Part shown: positions 42,225 through 52,240 of the stretch, one piece after another
Position numbering within the stretch: the stretch's first letter is position 1
How the letters are laid out: every line of letters begins with the position of its first letter
Assembly (NCBI GenBank): GCA_963674945.2
Contig: CAXXWQ010000003.1
Location: 1,440,001-1,504,000 of the forward strand
Reading direction: 5' to 3'
Source of the DNA: an uncultured Desulfosarcina sp.
GTDB lineage: Bacteria; Desulfobacterota; Desulfobacteria; Desulfobacterales; Desulfosarcinaceae
DNA: 64,000 nt
Made by a program: the position numbers and the translations under genes
The notes under the pieces: model-generated
What the model saw: the letters and a program-made list of their open reading frames with translations, nothing else
The model's database searches: none
Told to the model about the DNA's origin: nothing

Positions 42225-43136
42225 ATGAATACCATGAATAGCGTAATTTTCGATCGCATTATTATCTATTTTGGAATCTTGTTACCGATACTTGTTTCCG
42301 GATGTGCGTCCCTCCCAAATCAAAAAACCGGAGTCTTTGATCATCGTCGGGTTGAATATTCATTAATCAGAAACAACGGTGGAGCCCCGATTGTTGTATT
42401 TGAGAATGGTCTCAATGAAAAAATGCATGGGTGGAATAAGATTATTCCAGAGATCTCAGGATATGCCACTACGTTTGCATATAATCGTCCGGGTTACGGG
42501 AACAGTGATCCCGTATTTACTCCCCGCGATGGGCTCCATGTTGTTGATGAATTGCGGCTGCTACTCAGAAGCAATGGATTAGAACCTCCCTATGTCCTGG
42601 TCGGCCACTCCCTTGGCGGTTTATACATGCAATACTTTGCTCGACGATATCCTGAAGAGGTGGCGGGACTTATTCTCGTTGATTCGACGCACCCAAATCA
42701 GTTCAAAGAAAAAGGAAGCGTCGAAAACTGGCCATCCTGGCTTCGTATCGCCTTTCGCTGGTACTTGTCTTCAACTGCAAGAGCAGAGTTCGATCTGATC
42801 AATGCAACGGGAGATTATGTATTGTCCCTTCCCTTTTTTACAGAAAAACCCGTGACCGTATTGAGCGCATTGCGGCCGATGCGGGAAACATCAGCGATAG
42901 CGGATGATGCAAACGAAAAACGGGAAGATATCGCTCATCTGTATCCGGGAGCTAAACAAGTCTGGGTAGACAGTGGCCACGGCATTCCCGATGAAAAACC
43001 GGAATCGGTTATAAAAGCCATTCTTGAAGTGTTGCATTTGGAAGCAACAGAGAGAGCAGTAGTGAACGTGAAAGGGTTGGAAGGGAAAAAACCATCGCCC
43101 AAGGCAATCCAGCGGAAGTCTGCCGGCCGCCGCTGA
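42225..43136 (+). CDS. alpha/beta hydrolase lipoprotein
   Basis: lipobox VSGC, VVFENGL, YNRPGYG, GHSLGG, SGH. Confidence 0.88.
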   Translation: MNTMNSVIFDRIIIYFGILLPILVSGCASLPNQKTGVFDHRRVEYSLIRNNGGAPIVVFENGLNEKMHGWNKIIPEISGYATTFAYNRPGYGNSDPVFTPRDGLHVVDELRLLLRSNGLEPPYVLVGHSLGGLYMQYFARRYPEEVAGLILVDSTHPNQFKEKGSVENWPSWLRIAFRWYLSSTARAEFDLINATGDYVLSLPFFTEKPVTVLSALRPMRETSAIADDANEKREDIAHLYPGAKQVWVDSGHGIPDEKPESVIKAILEVLHLEATERAVVNVKGLEGKKPSPKAIQRKSAGRR

Positions 43137-43150
43137 TTTCATCGCTCCCG
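43094..43150 (+). other. degenerate attC-like site
   Basis: AATCCAGC/GCTGATT L-box pair with one extra C and 5-bp spacers; R boxes decayed. Confidence 0.45.
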
Positions 43151-43207
43151 CCTTTCTAGTACGAATAGTATGGGCGGTGCAATCCTTTAGATAGAAAAGA
43201 GTCTTGT

Positions 43208-43855
43208 ATGAGCTTATTAGAAAAGATGCTGCGTCAGTGTAAAAAACCCAGTGGGCGATTTGGTCGATTTCTCGCCAAGGGAATGAATCTTGGGCATTCC
43301 GGTCTCACAAAATGGGGTTTGGGCTTTATCGATATCGCAAGTGATATGGACATACTTGACATTGGATGTGGCGGCGGAAGGACTGTCGAACGACTTGCAG
43401 GAATCGCCACAGATGGCAAAGTCGTCGGCATTGACTATTCTTCAGATGCTGTTGTAGTGGCCAGGAAAAAGAATCGTGCGCTTATTAACGAAGGACGAGT
43501 CGAGATATTTCAGGATGCTGTCTCCTCGATGAGATTCAGCGACGGTGCTTTTGATCTCATCACGGCCTTTGAGTCTCACTATTTCTGGCCGGATTTTCGT
43601 AATGACCTCAAAGAGGTTCATCGCGTTACCAAGCAAAACGGACAACTCCTTATCGTGGGAGCCGCCTATAAGAGTAAAAAATACGACCGCAGAAACCAGC
43701 GTATTGTAGATGCCATTGAAATGACGTATCTGAGCATCGACGAGTTACGAGACGTATTGGTAGGTGTTGGGTACTCAAAATTCGATCCATTTGAGGAAAA
43801 GAAGAAGGGATGGTTTGCTATCAAATGCAAAAAACAAGCAAGAGAAACCGTTTAA
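43208..43855 (+). CDS. class I SAM-dependent methyltransferase
   Basis: ILDIGCGGG, GIDYS, FDLITAFESHYFWP. Confidence 0.92.
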   Translation: MSLLEKMLRQCKKPSGRFGRFLAKGMNLGHSGLTKWGLGFIDIASDMDILDIGCGGGRTVERLAGIATDGKVVGIDYSSDAVVVARKKNRALINEGRVEIFQDAVSSMRFSDGAFDLITAFESHYFWPDFRNDLKEVHRVTKQNGQLLIVGAAYKSKKYDRRNQRIVDAIEMTYLSIDELRDVLVGVGYSKFDPFEEKKKGWFAIKCKKQARETV

Positions 43856-43888
43856 TTTCATTTTACTCGAACCGCAAAGGAGGTAGAT

Positions 43889-44704
43889 ATGGAAAGTGTA
43901 ATTGCGCAAAACCTGCAACCTGAGTTCGCACCCGTGGCAGTGGTCTGGAGCAACACCATTCCTGATGATACGCTTCAGTTCAAGAAGGACAAGTTCGGTT
44001 GCATTCTCTACCTTTTTGCCGAGGCATCCCGGCGGGGGAAAGTCGCCGGCGGCAATCGGGAGACGATCACCTGTAATGGCGGTCGTGCTGCTTTGGGCCT
44101 GGGAATCGATTTTGATGCTTCCGATGAACTGCTCGATCGGTACGCTGCCGTATTCAGCAAAGGACTCAAATCCGCTAGCAATCAAGAAGCGTATCGCGAC
44201 AGGATGGAGGCCGCTCCCAAGAGCTGGCGCTCCTTGTATGAGTACGGTGAGCGCAGGCACTGCAATGCTGAACTCGCCAAAGAGTGGATAGTAGATGGCT
44301 TGCCGCGCTACGATATTCCTTACGAGTATATACTATTCAAGCCTCTGAGCCGCACAGATTCTGATGAAAACATCCGCGCTGTGATTTTCCCGGTAAATCC
44401 TGTAGAGCTATCCGGTCTGGTCACCTTGGCAGGATCTGTAATGTCGGGTACGGATCCCGTCCAAGTTCCTCAAGGCGCAGACTGTAACAGCATCTCCTCA
44501 TTTGCCTATGCACAGGCAGAATCGACGAATCCCAGAGCGGTTCTGGGCATGTTGGGTAGTGATGGCCGGGAACTGATGCGTAAACGTTTCAGAGACGATA
44601 TCCTGACACTTACTTTACCAATACGGCTTTTTCAGCGCATGGAGGAGGAGGCCAACGACTGCGTGTTCCAGCTCCCTTCATGGAAGGGGTTGGTTGGACG
44701 TTGA
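43889..44704 (+). CDS. DUF169-like protein
   Basis: PVAVVWS, FGC, TCNGG..LG, GADC..RAVLG; AAGGAGG RBS. Confidence 0.75.
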   Translation: MESVIAQNLQPEFAPVAVVWSNTIPDDTLQFKKDKFGCILYLFAEASRRGKVAGGNRETITCNGGRAALGLGIDFDASDELLDRYAAVFSKGLKSASNQEAYRDRMEAAPKSWRSLYEYGERRHCNAELAKEWIVDGLPRYDIPYEYILFKPLSRTDSDENIRAVIFPVNPVELSGLVTLAGSVMSGTDPVQVPQGADCNSISSFAYAQAESTNPRAVLGMLGSDGRELMRKRFRDDILTLTLPIRLFQRMEEEANDCVFQLPSWKGLVGR

Positions 44705-44714
44705 TATCAAAAGG

Positions 44715-44945
44715 ATGACGGAATTGAAACAATTATTTTGGAGCTGCATTATTATCAGCGTAGTACTTTTCGCTCCTGCCTGCTCAAAAATGCAAGTAAA
44801 ATCAGTTTTGGATGATATTTCAAGAGATACTTATGATAACAATTCGAAAAAGCAGCGTATTGAGAACTCTGGAGATCCAAACTATGAAGAACCACCTCCA
44901 TATAATCAATATCAGAGGGAAAGAAAAGAGATGTTATCCGAATAA
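44715..44945 (+). CDS. small lipoprotein
   Basis: hydrophobic N-terminus with FAPAC; PPPYNQYQRERK tail. Confidence 0.6.
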   Translation: MTELKQLFWSCIIISVVLFAPACSKMQVKSVLDDISRDTYDNNSKKQRIENSGDPNYEEPPPYNQYQRERKEMLSE

Positions 44946-45042
44946 TTGACAAAATCAGAAAAAATATGGTAGCGCAATACGATATTCATATCGATCGAGG
45001 TGCAATTATGCAAACAGTTGTGGTTCCTTTAAAATAGCCGCA

Positions 45043-45107
45043 GACCAATCTCATTCTTCAGCTAATCGTTGACAGATCACCGCGTCTGCTGAGACTTGGC
45101 GTCACTG
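45043..45107 (+). other. degenerate attC-like site
   Basis: GACCAAT-5bp-TCTTCAGC...GCTGAGA-6bp-GTCACTG; attC spacing with AAC to AAT and GTT to GTC. Confidence 0.35.
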
Positions 45108-45144
45108 GATTAGAACTTATAAAATTTTACGGGCCTGAACTTTC

Positions 45145-47058
45145 ATGAAAAAGACCAGACCGATCAAGTTGTTTGGAATGAGCATTGCCTTTTTCACTGC
45201 ATTCGCTCTGATGGTGGGCTGTGCCCTGATAAAAGCCAAACAAGATATCGATAAGGGGCAAGATCGTACAGTGATCATCGGCCACGTGTATGGATCGTTC
45301 CCGGGGGACGGGCCGATAATCGTTGCTGCCTGCTCAAAGACAAAACCTGCTGAAATCAACATGCATACGGTTTTGCACGATTCGGGTGAGTATGAAATCC
45401 TCGTGGACCAGGGCAAATACTATGTCTTTGCCTATTGGGATAAAAACAGCAACCTGACCTATGACGCCGGTGAACCGGCCGGGCAGTATGGCAGCCCCAA
45501 ATGGGTAAAAACCACGTCCGTAGGCGTCGTTTTCGACATTAACATCCATATCCCCGAAGGGGGGCGTCGTATCGAGATCCCCCACGGAACCGTCGTCGCA
45601 TCGGCAGATCCGCAAAACCTCTACAGCCGCCAGGCCGGGGTCATCACGGATCTGGATGATGAACGCTTTTCCGAAGCAAATGGCGTAAAGGGCTTCTGGG
45701 AACCTGCCGCATTTTTCAACCAATTTGGTGGATCCATCTATTTTCTGGAACAGTACGATCCCCAAAAGATACCCGTTCTTTTCATTCATGGCGCCACCGG
45801 AACGCCCAAGGGATGGCAGTATTTTGTGGATCACATGGACCGAACCCGCTTTCAGCCATGGTTCTTTTATTATGCCACGGGAAATCGCATCGACAGCATG
45901 GCCTATCTGCTGTTGTGGAAATTGATGAACCTTCAGGCCAAATATCAATTCGACGAGATGTACATTACGGCACACAGCATGGGCGGTCTGGTCGCCAGAT
46001 CCTTTATCGTCAATTACGGATCACAATTTCCCTATGTAAAGCTTCTCGTTTCACTGGCAACGCCATGGGGCGGCGATCGGATGGCCGAACTCGGTACCAA
46101 ACAGTCCCCCATCGTCATACCAAGTTGGATCGACATGCAGCCCGAAGGAGACTTTATCCAATCGCTGTACCGGAAAAAGCTGCCCGAATCGGTAGACTTT
46201 TATATGTTCTACGGCTACCGTGGAAGCCGAAACCCGTTTCGATCCAACAACGACGGAACCATTACCCTCTCCAGTCTTTTGGACGACAGGCCCCAATCCG
46301 AAGCAAATATGAATTATGCCTTCGATGAGGATCACGACAGCATCCTCACAAGCAAAAGAGTTATCGAGCAGTACAATGCAGTTCTCACCGCATTCGATGA
46401 GAAACAAGGGGAACCACAGCAACAATCCGGAGGCTATCTGAAAGTGGGCTTTGCCGATGACTATGATTTCAAAGGCGCCAAACCATCTCGTGTGCTCATC
46501 CTACGTCCCGACAACAAAAAAAATGGCAACACCATTATGTACTTGAACGATGACGACAACGGAAAAACACTCGGGCCGTTTCCCCCCGGCAATTATACGG
46601 CGAGCCTGGTGACGATGGCGGCAAAAACGAGAAGAACATATGTCCCCGTCTCCATCCAACGCAACCAGACCAAAACCATCAATTTTGAATTTGTCCCGGA
46701 CGGGGTGATAAACGGATGCGTCACCACCGGGCTCAAACCGGAAGATAAATTTCCGGGAAGACCGGATTATCGATATCGAACCATCGATACAACAATTCAC
46801 ATTCAATCCATTGCCTTGAAAGGCGACAGTGTCCATCGTGTGCTGCAACCCACTGAAGGACCGGAGCCTGATGATCTTGATTATTTTATTTCACGCGATG
46901 ATGGCTGCCACAATCAGTGTTTTGTTTTCTTTGGGCTGCCTGCCGGGGACTACACGCTGTCTATAGAGGCCAAGGACTACCGATCCGTCGAAAAAAAGTA
47001 TTCCGTCACGCCGGGAATGCCGCAGTATTATCGGCCCACCGAATTGGTGCCGGAGTAA
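45145..47058 (+). CDS. multidomain lipoprotein with lipase/esterase (PGAP1-like) alpha/beta hydrolase core
   Basis: lipobox LMVGC, VLFIHGATG, AHSMGG, NDGTI, EDHDSIL; beta-rich flanking domains. Confidence 0.85.
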   Translation: MKKTRPIKLFGMSIAFFTAFALMVGCALIKAKQDIDKGQDRTVIIGHVYGSFPGDGPIIVAACSKTKPAEINMHTVLHDSGEYEILVDQGKYYVFAYWDKNSNLTYDAGEPAGQYGSPKWVKTTSVGVVFDINIHIPEGGRRIEIPHGTVVASADPQNLYSRQAGVITDLDDERFSEANGVKGFWEPAAFFNQFGGSIYFLEQYDPQKIPVLFIHGATGTPKGWQYFVDHMDRTRFQPWFFYYATGNRIDSMAYLLLWKLMNLQAKYQFDEMYITAHSMGGLVARSFIVNYGSQFPYVKLLVSLATPWGGDRMAELGTKQSPIVIPSWIDMQPEGDFIQSLYRKKLPESVDFYMFYGYRGSRNPFRSNNDGTITLSSLLDDRPQSEANMNYAFDEDHDSILTSKRVIEQYNAVLTAFDEKQGEPQQQSGGYLKVGFADDYDFKGAKPSRVLILRPDNKKNGNTIMYLNDDDNGKTLGPFPPGNYTASLVTMAAKTRRTYVPVSIQRNQTKTINFEFVPDGVINGCVTTGLKPEDKFPGRPDYRYRTIDTTIHIQSIALKGDSVHRVLQPTEGPEPDDLDYFISRDDGCHNQCFVFFGLPAGDYTLSIEAKDYRSVEKKYSVTPGMPQYYRPTELVPE

Positions 47059-47070
47059 ACCGTTATTTTC

Positions 47071-47473
47071 TCACATAAAAGCGCCACTACAATCCATGCA
47101 ACGCCCCCACGCGGCGGCCTGGGCGCGGTCGTTTACGCCCAGACTGTTGAAAAGGCCGATGACGTGGCTTTTCACGGTGTGTTGGGAGATCGAAAGCGCC
47201 TTGCCGGGCATGCAATCCGCAAACCCGTTCGTCAAAGAGGAATTTGATGTATACCGGTTTGTAGAAAAACTGGGCATGGTCTGCAACGGCATTGACATAG
47301 GGAAACAGGGGAGACTGATCTCCGTCCCATTTGAACTGGGCGCCGGTGGAATGGCAGTTGACCTCGGCCGTTTGCCCGGCCAGGGGTATTGATTCGAAGA
47401 GCGTCAGCGTGTGAAAAATCCGCGAAAAGTCCCTTTTGGCGATGAAATCGGCTGTGATTGTCAAACCTTCCAT
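47071..47473 (-). pseudogene. LuxR-type regulator remnant with internal deletion and frameshift
   Basis: N-terminal LFPYVNAVA..YKPVYIKF joins out of frame near 47195 to the LuxR C-terminus LSISQHTVKSHVIGLFNSLGVNDRAQAAAW. Confidence 0.7.
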
Positions 47474-47974
47474 GGGTATTGTCCCCGATTCGCGGTTAGT
47501 TTCCCGGGCTGTATTGGCAAAGGGCATTCATTCATCAATGTTTGATGACCACTTTGCTTTCCCTTTGCGCAAGCTCTTAGAAAATAAATTCGCTTGAGGC
47601 AATGTTTTTCGAAAAAAGCATCACTCCACCATTTGGGGGATTTCAGGCTGCTGGAAGAAACCAATCTAAAGGAAATGGATTTTTCAGAAGCCATCTCAAA
47701 AAAGACACAATATTTTCTGAGAATCTATCGTTAGACCCTCTTTAGAATATCTTGAAAATATGGCTGGAATGCGAAGCCGTATGAGTATTTTAATATTTCT
47801 CCTATTTAAACGACCTGATATTCAGTGATGCTGATGGATCTGATGATTCCATCATTCAAAAGCTTCTCAAAAGTTATTTGTCTCTTAGCCGTTTCGGACC
47901 GCTTTGGCCGGCGGCCGCCGCTGCTGACGTGGTCTTCTTATCGCTGGATGTTCGTGGTCCAGGCCGCTATGGCT

Positions 47975-48290
47975 TTCGTCTATTACAAATTATATTAAAA
48001 TAGAATACAATCAAACATTATTTGAGCTATTATATGGCCCTTATTATCACATATGCATTGATTGATATATTAATTATATTGACACAAGAGTTATACAGCA
48101 ATATAAATCATTTAAGTGGGTCGTGGTGTTTTTTATGATTCCAATTGGACTGGTTATTTTCAGCGACTACAGCAGGCAAACTCATGCCTAAGGCAGTTTA
48201 TAGAAATGATTATTTCTATAATATAAGCAGACAATTGAAATATTGATAGCAAATCTGAGATGATCACGAAACACGACCTGCTGTTCTTCC
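47975..48290 (+). repeat. long non-coding inverted repeat, left copy
   Basis: reverse complement of 57408-57721; 48160-48219 matches at 55/60. Confidence 0.92.
48079..48107 (+). promoter_or_regulatory. sigma70-like promoter inside the left repeat
   Basis: TTGACA-17bp-TATAAA with an AT-rich upstream tract. Confidence 0.65.
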
Positions 48291-49105
48291 CTGAGGCTGC
48301 CTAACGCATTCAGACAATGCCTGCTTTCGCTCCAGCCGAAAGTCCATAAATTCGGTATTTGGGGCGAATACTCGTCTAAGAACTTATTAACTCTTAGTAC
48401 TATCGATTCAACCACTATGGATCTATTAGCAAATGGGTGCGATGCGCCAATTGCGAGGTATTATTGTAAATCCTTTCATTCTCTGGTCAAAGTGTCAACA
48501 TGATGTACCAGAGGTTGACGAGACAAGTGATGATCTAAACCCTGAATACGTTGCCGCTATAGATGTTTCGCTTCAGACTATGTCGGATGGAAGGCCTGGG
48601 AAGAACTGGCGTAGTAGTGAAAAGCTGAACATCTACTTGATTCTGAAAGAAAATGATCGATGATTTGCGTCGAGCAAAGGTATTTCGTTGAAATCAATGT
48701 GAAAGCAGTGCTGCACTGCTGTTTCATTGGCCATGATAGGGCGAGTCGATACCATAAAGCCCGGCAGCCAATTACGTGAACTGCAGGTATGCCACAATTA
48801 TTTCACTTCGACAATATAGTTATCATACCGCGAGATAAAAGGAGGAATATGATGAGTTAGAATTCAAGATGATAGACTTGCCCTGAGAAGATAAGGGAGG
48901 CGTTTTATTGTACACGCATAGCATCATTTGACGGTCGTTAGGAACTATTTTTCTTTCATTTTATTTGCCATACCTCAACCCTATAGCACTGCTGTGGGGC
49001 CATACGAAGAAGAACGGTGTTGGGTACAAGATGATCCAGAGACAAGACCATCCTTAAAAAGTTGGCACTGAATAGGAACATCAACACATAATCGAGGAGG
49101 GGCAG

Positions 49106-50626
49106 ATGAGGTACTTGAAACTTCAAAAAACCATTTTTCTTGTGACAGCATTCATTTTCAGCGTGTTTTCATTTCTTGGATCCGCAGGTGCGGTGGGGTT
49201 CAAGTTAGGGGATGATGCCCAACTGGATTGTGACGTAACGGTAACGTACGGGATCGCAACGAGGACATCCGACCAGGACGATGAAAAGCTGGCCGATTGG
49301 TCCACGGATGACGGCAACCGGAATTTCGACCAGTGGGACCTTGTCAACAACAAGATCACCGCCATAGCGGACATCCAGTTTGAGTATAAAAATGCGGGCC
49401 TGTTTGTCCGGCCGAAGGCTTTTTATGACCACGTTTACTTTACGGATAACGCCAATGACAGCCCGGAGAGCAACAACGCCTACCGGGGCGGTCTTACTGA
49501 TTCATCGGATCAATGGGCCGATGAAATCGAGGATATCCACGGCATGAATGCGGAAATCCTGGATTTTTTTGGATATTACAATGGTAGACTGTTCGACCAA
49601 GATTATAGTTTTCGCGTGGGAAGGCAGGTAATCAGCTGGGGAGAAAGCCTGATGATTACGGGGGGCATCTCTTCGGCCCAAAGCCCGATTGATGTTTCCG
49701 CCGCGCAGGCAGCGGGTACGGAGGTAAAGGAAATATATTTGCCCACCGGATCGGCTTATCTTCGGATGGGAATTACCCCGTCTTTGGGGCTTTCCGGTTA
49801 TTATCAGTGGGAATGGGAAAAGAGCCGAATGATGGAGGGCGGCACCTTTTTTTCACGCGGGGATATGATCGATGAAATAAGGGCACCCATCGTGCTGGAT
49901 TATCTTCCTGTTCCGATTGATAGGGGTACCGATGAGGAAGCAAAAGACTCCGGCCAGTACGGAGTCTCTCTAAAGTATATGACGCCGTGGCTTAACGCAG
50001 CGGAAGTCGGCCTTTATTTTATCAACTATCACGATAAATTCCCCCTTCTTGTTTCGGGTCCTCCCACCGCAACCAGTCCCTTGGCGACGTATCATTTAAA
50101 ATTTATCGAAGACATCAAGCTTTATGGCGTTAGCTTCAGCTCTTGTATCGGAGATGCCAATGTCAGTGGCGAATTCAGCTATCGGGAGAATCTCGGAACC
50201 TTGATCGATAATGAGATTGAACTCATCGACTACTGGCAGGCACAGACATCAGTTATCTATACCGTCCCCCTCCCGTTTTTTGCCGATCAGGTTGCGATGG
50301 TCGGTGAAGTCGCATGCGGCAAGGAAGTCGATCTCGGGGAAGAAAACGAGTTTGCATGGTCATATGCAGCCACTTTTGTCTTTAGTTGGGCCCAGGTATT
50401 TCAAAAGACGGATTTTAATTTAGACCTGGCATCTTCCGGTACGCCCGAAGGCTCGACGGAGCGCACCCTTCCGTTGGGTGACGAACGCGCTTTTGCCGCC
50501 TCTATCGGCATCGGAATTACCTATGATTTTAGGCTTAAGGCAGGCCTTGTCTATGAGAACCGATTGGACAGACATGGCCTGGCGGATCGTGACACGCTCA
50601 GCTTGGAACTTTCTTATACATTTTAA
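49106..50626 (+). CDS. DUF1302-family outer-membrane beta-barrel
   Basis: signal peptide, DDGNRNF, RVGRQVISWGES, YYQWEW, DRD..LSYTF C-terminus. Confidence 0.9.
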   Translation: MRYLKLQKTIFLVTAFIFSVFSFLGSAGAVGFKLGDDAQLDCDVTVTYGIATRTSDQDDEKLADWSTDDGNRNFDQWDLVNNKITAIADIQFEYKNAGLFVRPKAFYDHVYFTDNANDSPESNNAYRGGLTDSSDQWADEIEDIHGMNAEILDFFGYYNGRLFDQDYSFRVGRQVISWGESLMITGGISSAQSPIDVSAAQAAGTEVKEIYLPTGSAYLRMGITPSLGLSGYYQWEWEKSRMMEGGTFFSRGDMIDEIRAPIVLDYLPVPIDRGTDEEAKDSGQYGVSLKYMTPWLNAAEVGLYFINYHDKFPLLVSGPPTATSPLATYHLKFIEDIKLYGVSFSSCIGDANVSGEFSYRENLGTLIDNEIELIDYWQAQTSVIYTVPLPFFADQVAMVGEVACGKEVDLGEENEFAWSYAATFVFSWAQVFQKTDFNLDLASSGTPEGSTERTLPLGDERAFAASIGIGITYDFRLKAGLVYENRLDRHGLADRDTLSLELSYTF

Positions 50627-50649
50627 TCAAATATGAGGAGGCGTATAAA

Positions 50650-52047
50650 ATGATCGGAAACATATCCAAAACGATGTTGTTCATCATATTGGCAGCTTTA
50701 CTAGTATGTGTTGCAGTCCCGGTTCAGGCGAAAGTGCCGGCCGAAGAGGCAGCCAGGCTGAATAAGGATTTAACCCCGGTCGGGGCCGAGCGGGCGGGAA
50801 ACAAAGAAGGCACCATACCCGCCTGGACCGGTGGACTTTCAAAAATTCCCGATAACGTGAAATATGATAGTTCATCGATGGGACAATGTTACCCGGATCC
50901 CTATGCCGATGACAAGATCCTCTTTACCATTACGGCGAAAAATGTAGATCAATACAAAGATAAATTATCAGAAGGCATGTTGAAAATGTTCGAACTGTAC
51001 CCGGATACCTGGAAAATGCATGTCTACCCCACCAGAAGATCCGCCGCATATTCCGAAGAAATTTATAAAGGTAGCTATGACAATGCCCTGACGGCTGAGA
51101 TTGTCGCTCCCGACGGCAGCGCTACCAATTTCTACAGAGGATTTTTGTTTCCAATTGCAAAAAACGGCCTTGAGGCCATGCAAAATTGGCAGAACAAGCC
51201 AATGGGGTATGCATTCTTACAACAAATTACCGACGAGCATGGAGGCGCGGTAGTTCAGCCGGACGGCAGTTTGCAAATACAAGGTAACGTTAAATCAATA
51301 TATTATATGGCTTATGCAGTACCCAGAGAACAATTTGATCCACAAGATTTTATCATCGGTACTTTTAATGAGATGACATCGCCACCCGGCCGAAAAGGCG
51401 AATTAAATTTAAGGATGCAACGCGGAGACTATCGAAAGGCAGACCCCGGCGGCTGGAAGTACAATCCGGGGCAGCGCCGGGTTCGCCGGTCGCCCAATGT
51501 ATATTACGATGCGACCGACCCCTCCGTCGCCGGTATTATCGTCGTGGACGACGCGGAGGTGTATACCAGCCCGCTCGACCGGTTTGATTGGAAATTGAAC
51601 GGGAAAAAAGAGCTTTTCGTACCGTATAACACTTACAAGTTAGACTTGGCGGATTCCGAGATTCCGGTTTTGACACCCCTTCATCCAAACCCGGAATATA
51701 TCCGATGGGAGCTTCACCGGGTGCATGAAACCGTCGCTACGATTCGGGAAGGCTATCGGCATTGTTACGGCAAAAGAATTTTTTATCAGGATGAAGACTC
51801 ATGGTTGATTTTACTTAAGGACCAGTACGATACGCGAGGAGAGCTGTGGCGAATGACATTTGTATGTACAAAACAATGGTACGACATTCCCGTGTACCGT
51901 TATGCCGGTTACTTTAATTTCGATTTCCAGCTGGATCGCTATATGGCAGGTGGCCTCATCAACAAGAAAACTCCGCACGAAGGTCATGAAGAGATGCCGC
52001 TATCCTTTTGGACAGTTGAAAATTTGCGAAAAATGGGCTTGCGGTAA
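50650..52047 (+). CDS. DUF1329-family periplasmic protein
   Basis: LTPVGAERAGNKEGTIPAWTGG, YNPGQRRVRRSP, RWELHRV, DQYDTRGELWR. Confidence 0.92.
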   Translation: MIGNISKTMLFIILAALLVCVAVPVQAKVPAEEAARLNKDLTPVGAERAGNKEGTIPAWTGGLSKIPDNVKYDSSSMGQCYPDPYADDKILFTITAKNVDQYKDKLSEGMLKMFELYPDTWKMHVYPTRRSAAYSEEIYKGSYDNALTAEIVAPDGSATNFYRGFLFPIAKNGLEAMQNWQNKPMGYAFLQQITDEHGGAVVQPDGSLQIQGNVKSIYYMAYAVPREQFDPQDFIIGTFNEMTSPPGRKGELNLRMQRGDYRKADPGGWKYNPGQRRVRRSPNVYYDATDPSVAGIIVVDDAEVYTSPLDRFDWKLNGKKELFVPYNTYKLDLADSEIPVLTPLHPNPEYIRWELHRVHETVATIREGYRHCYGKRIFYQDEDSWLILLKDQYDTRGELWRMTFVCTKQWYDIPVYRYAGYFNFDFQLDRYMAGGLINKKTPHEGHEEMPLSFWTVENLRKMGLR

Positions 52048-52240
52048 ACCAATAGACGAAAGCATGTGAGGATCCAAAAAAATGAGAAGGTCGGGCTACC
52101 ATTGATCTTCTCATTATTATGAAGACGCTTGTACCTGCCATGGACGATTCGGAACACGAATTTGCATAATAGGAGAGTCGTAAAAACTAAATAAGAGTTT
52201 GAAACCACTTCAAACGAAAACATAAAGGTGAAATGTAAAT

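Noticed and set aside
48170..48200. GGCAAAC..GCCTAAG as a c-di-GMP-I riboswitch
   Set aside because: Lacks the GAAA tetraloop stem and the GACGCAAAG segment
47461..48663. Short ORFs 47461-47694, 48188-48415 and 48433-48663 (also 57122-57319, 57466-57675)
   Set aside because: No motifs or RBS; reading frames are not preserved between the two repeat copies
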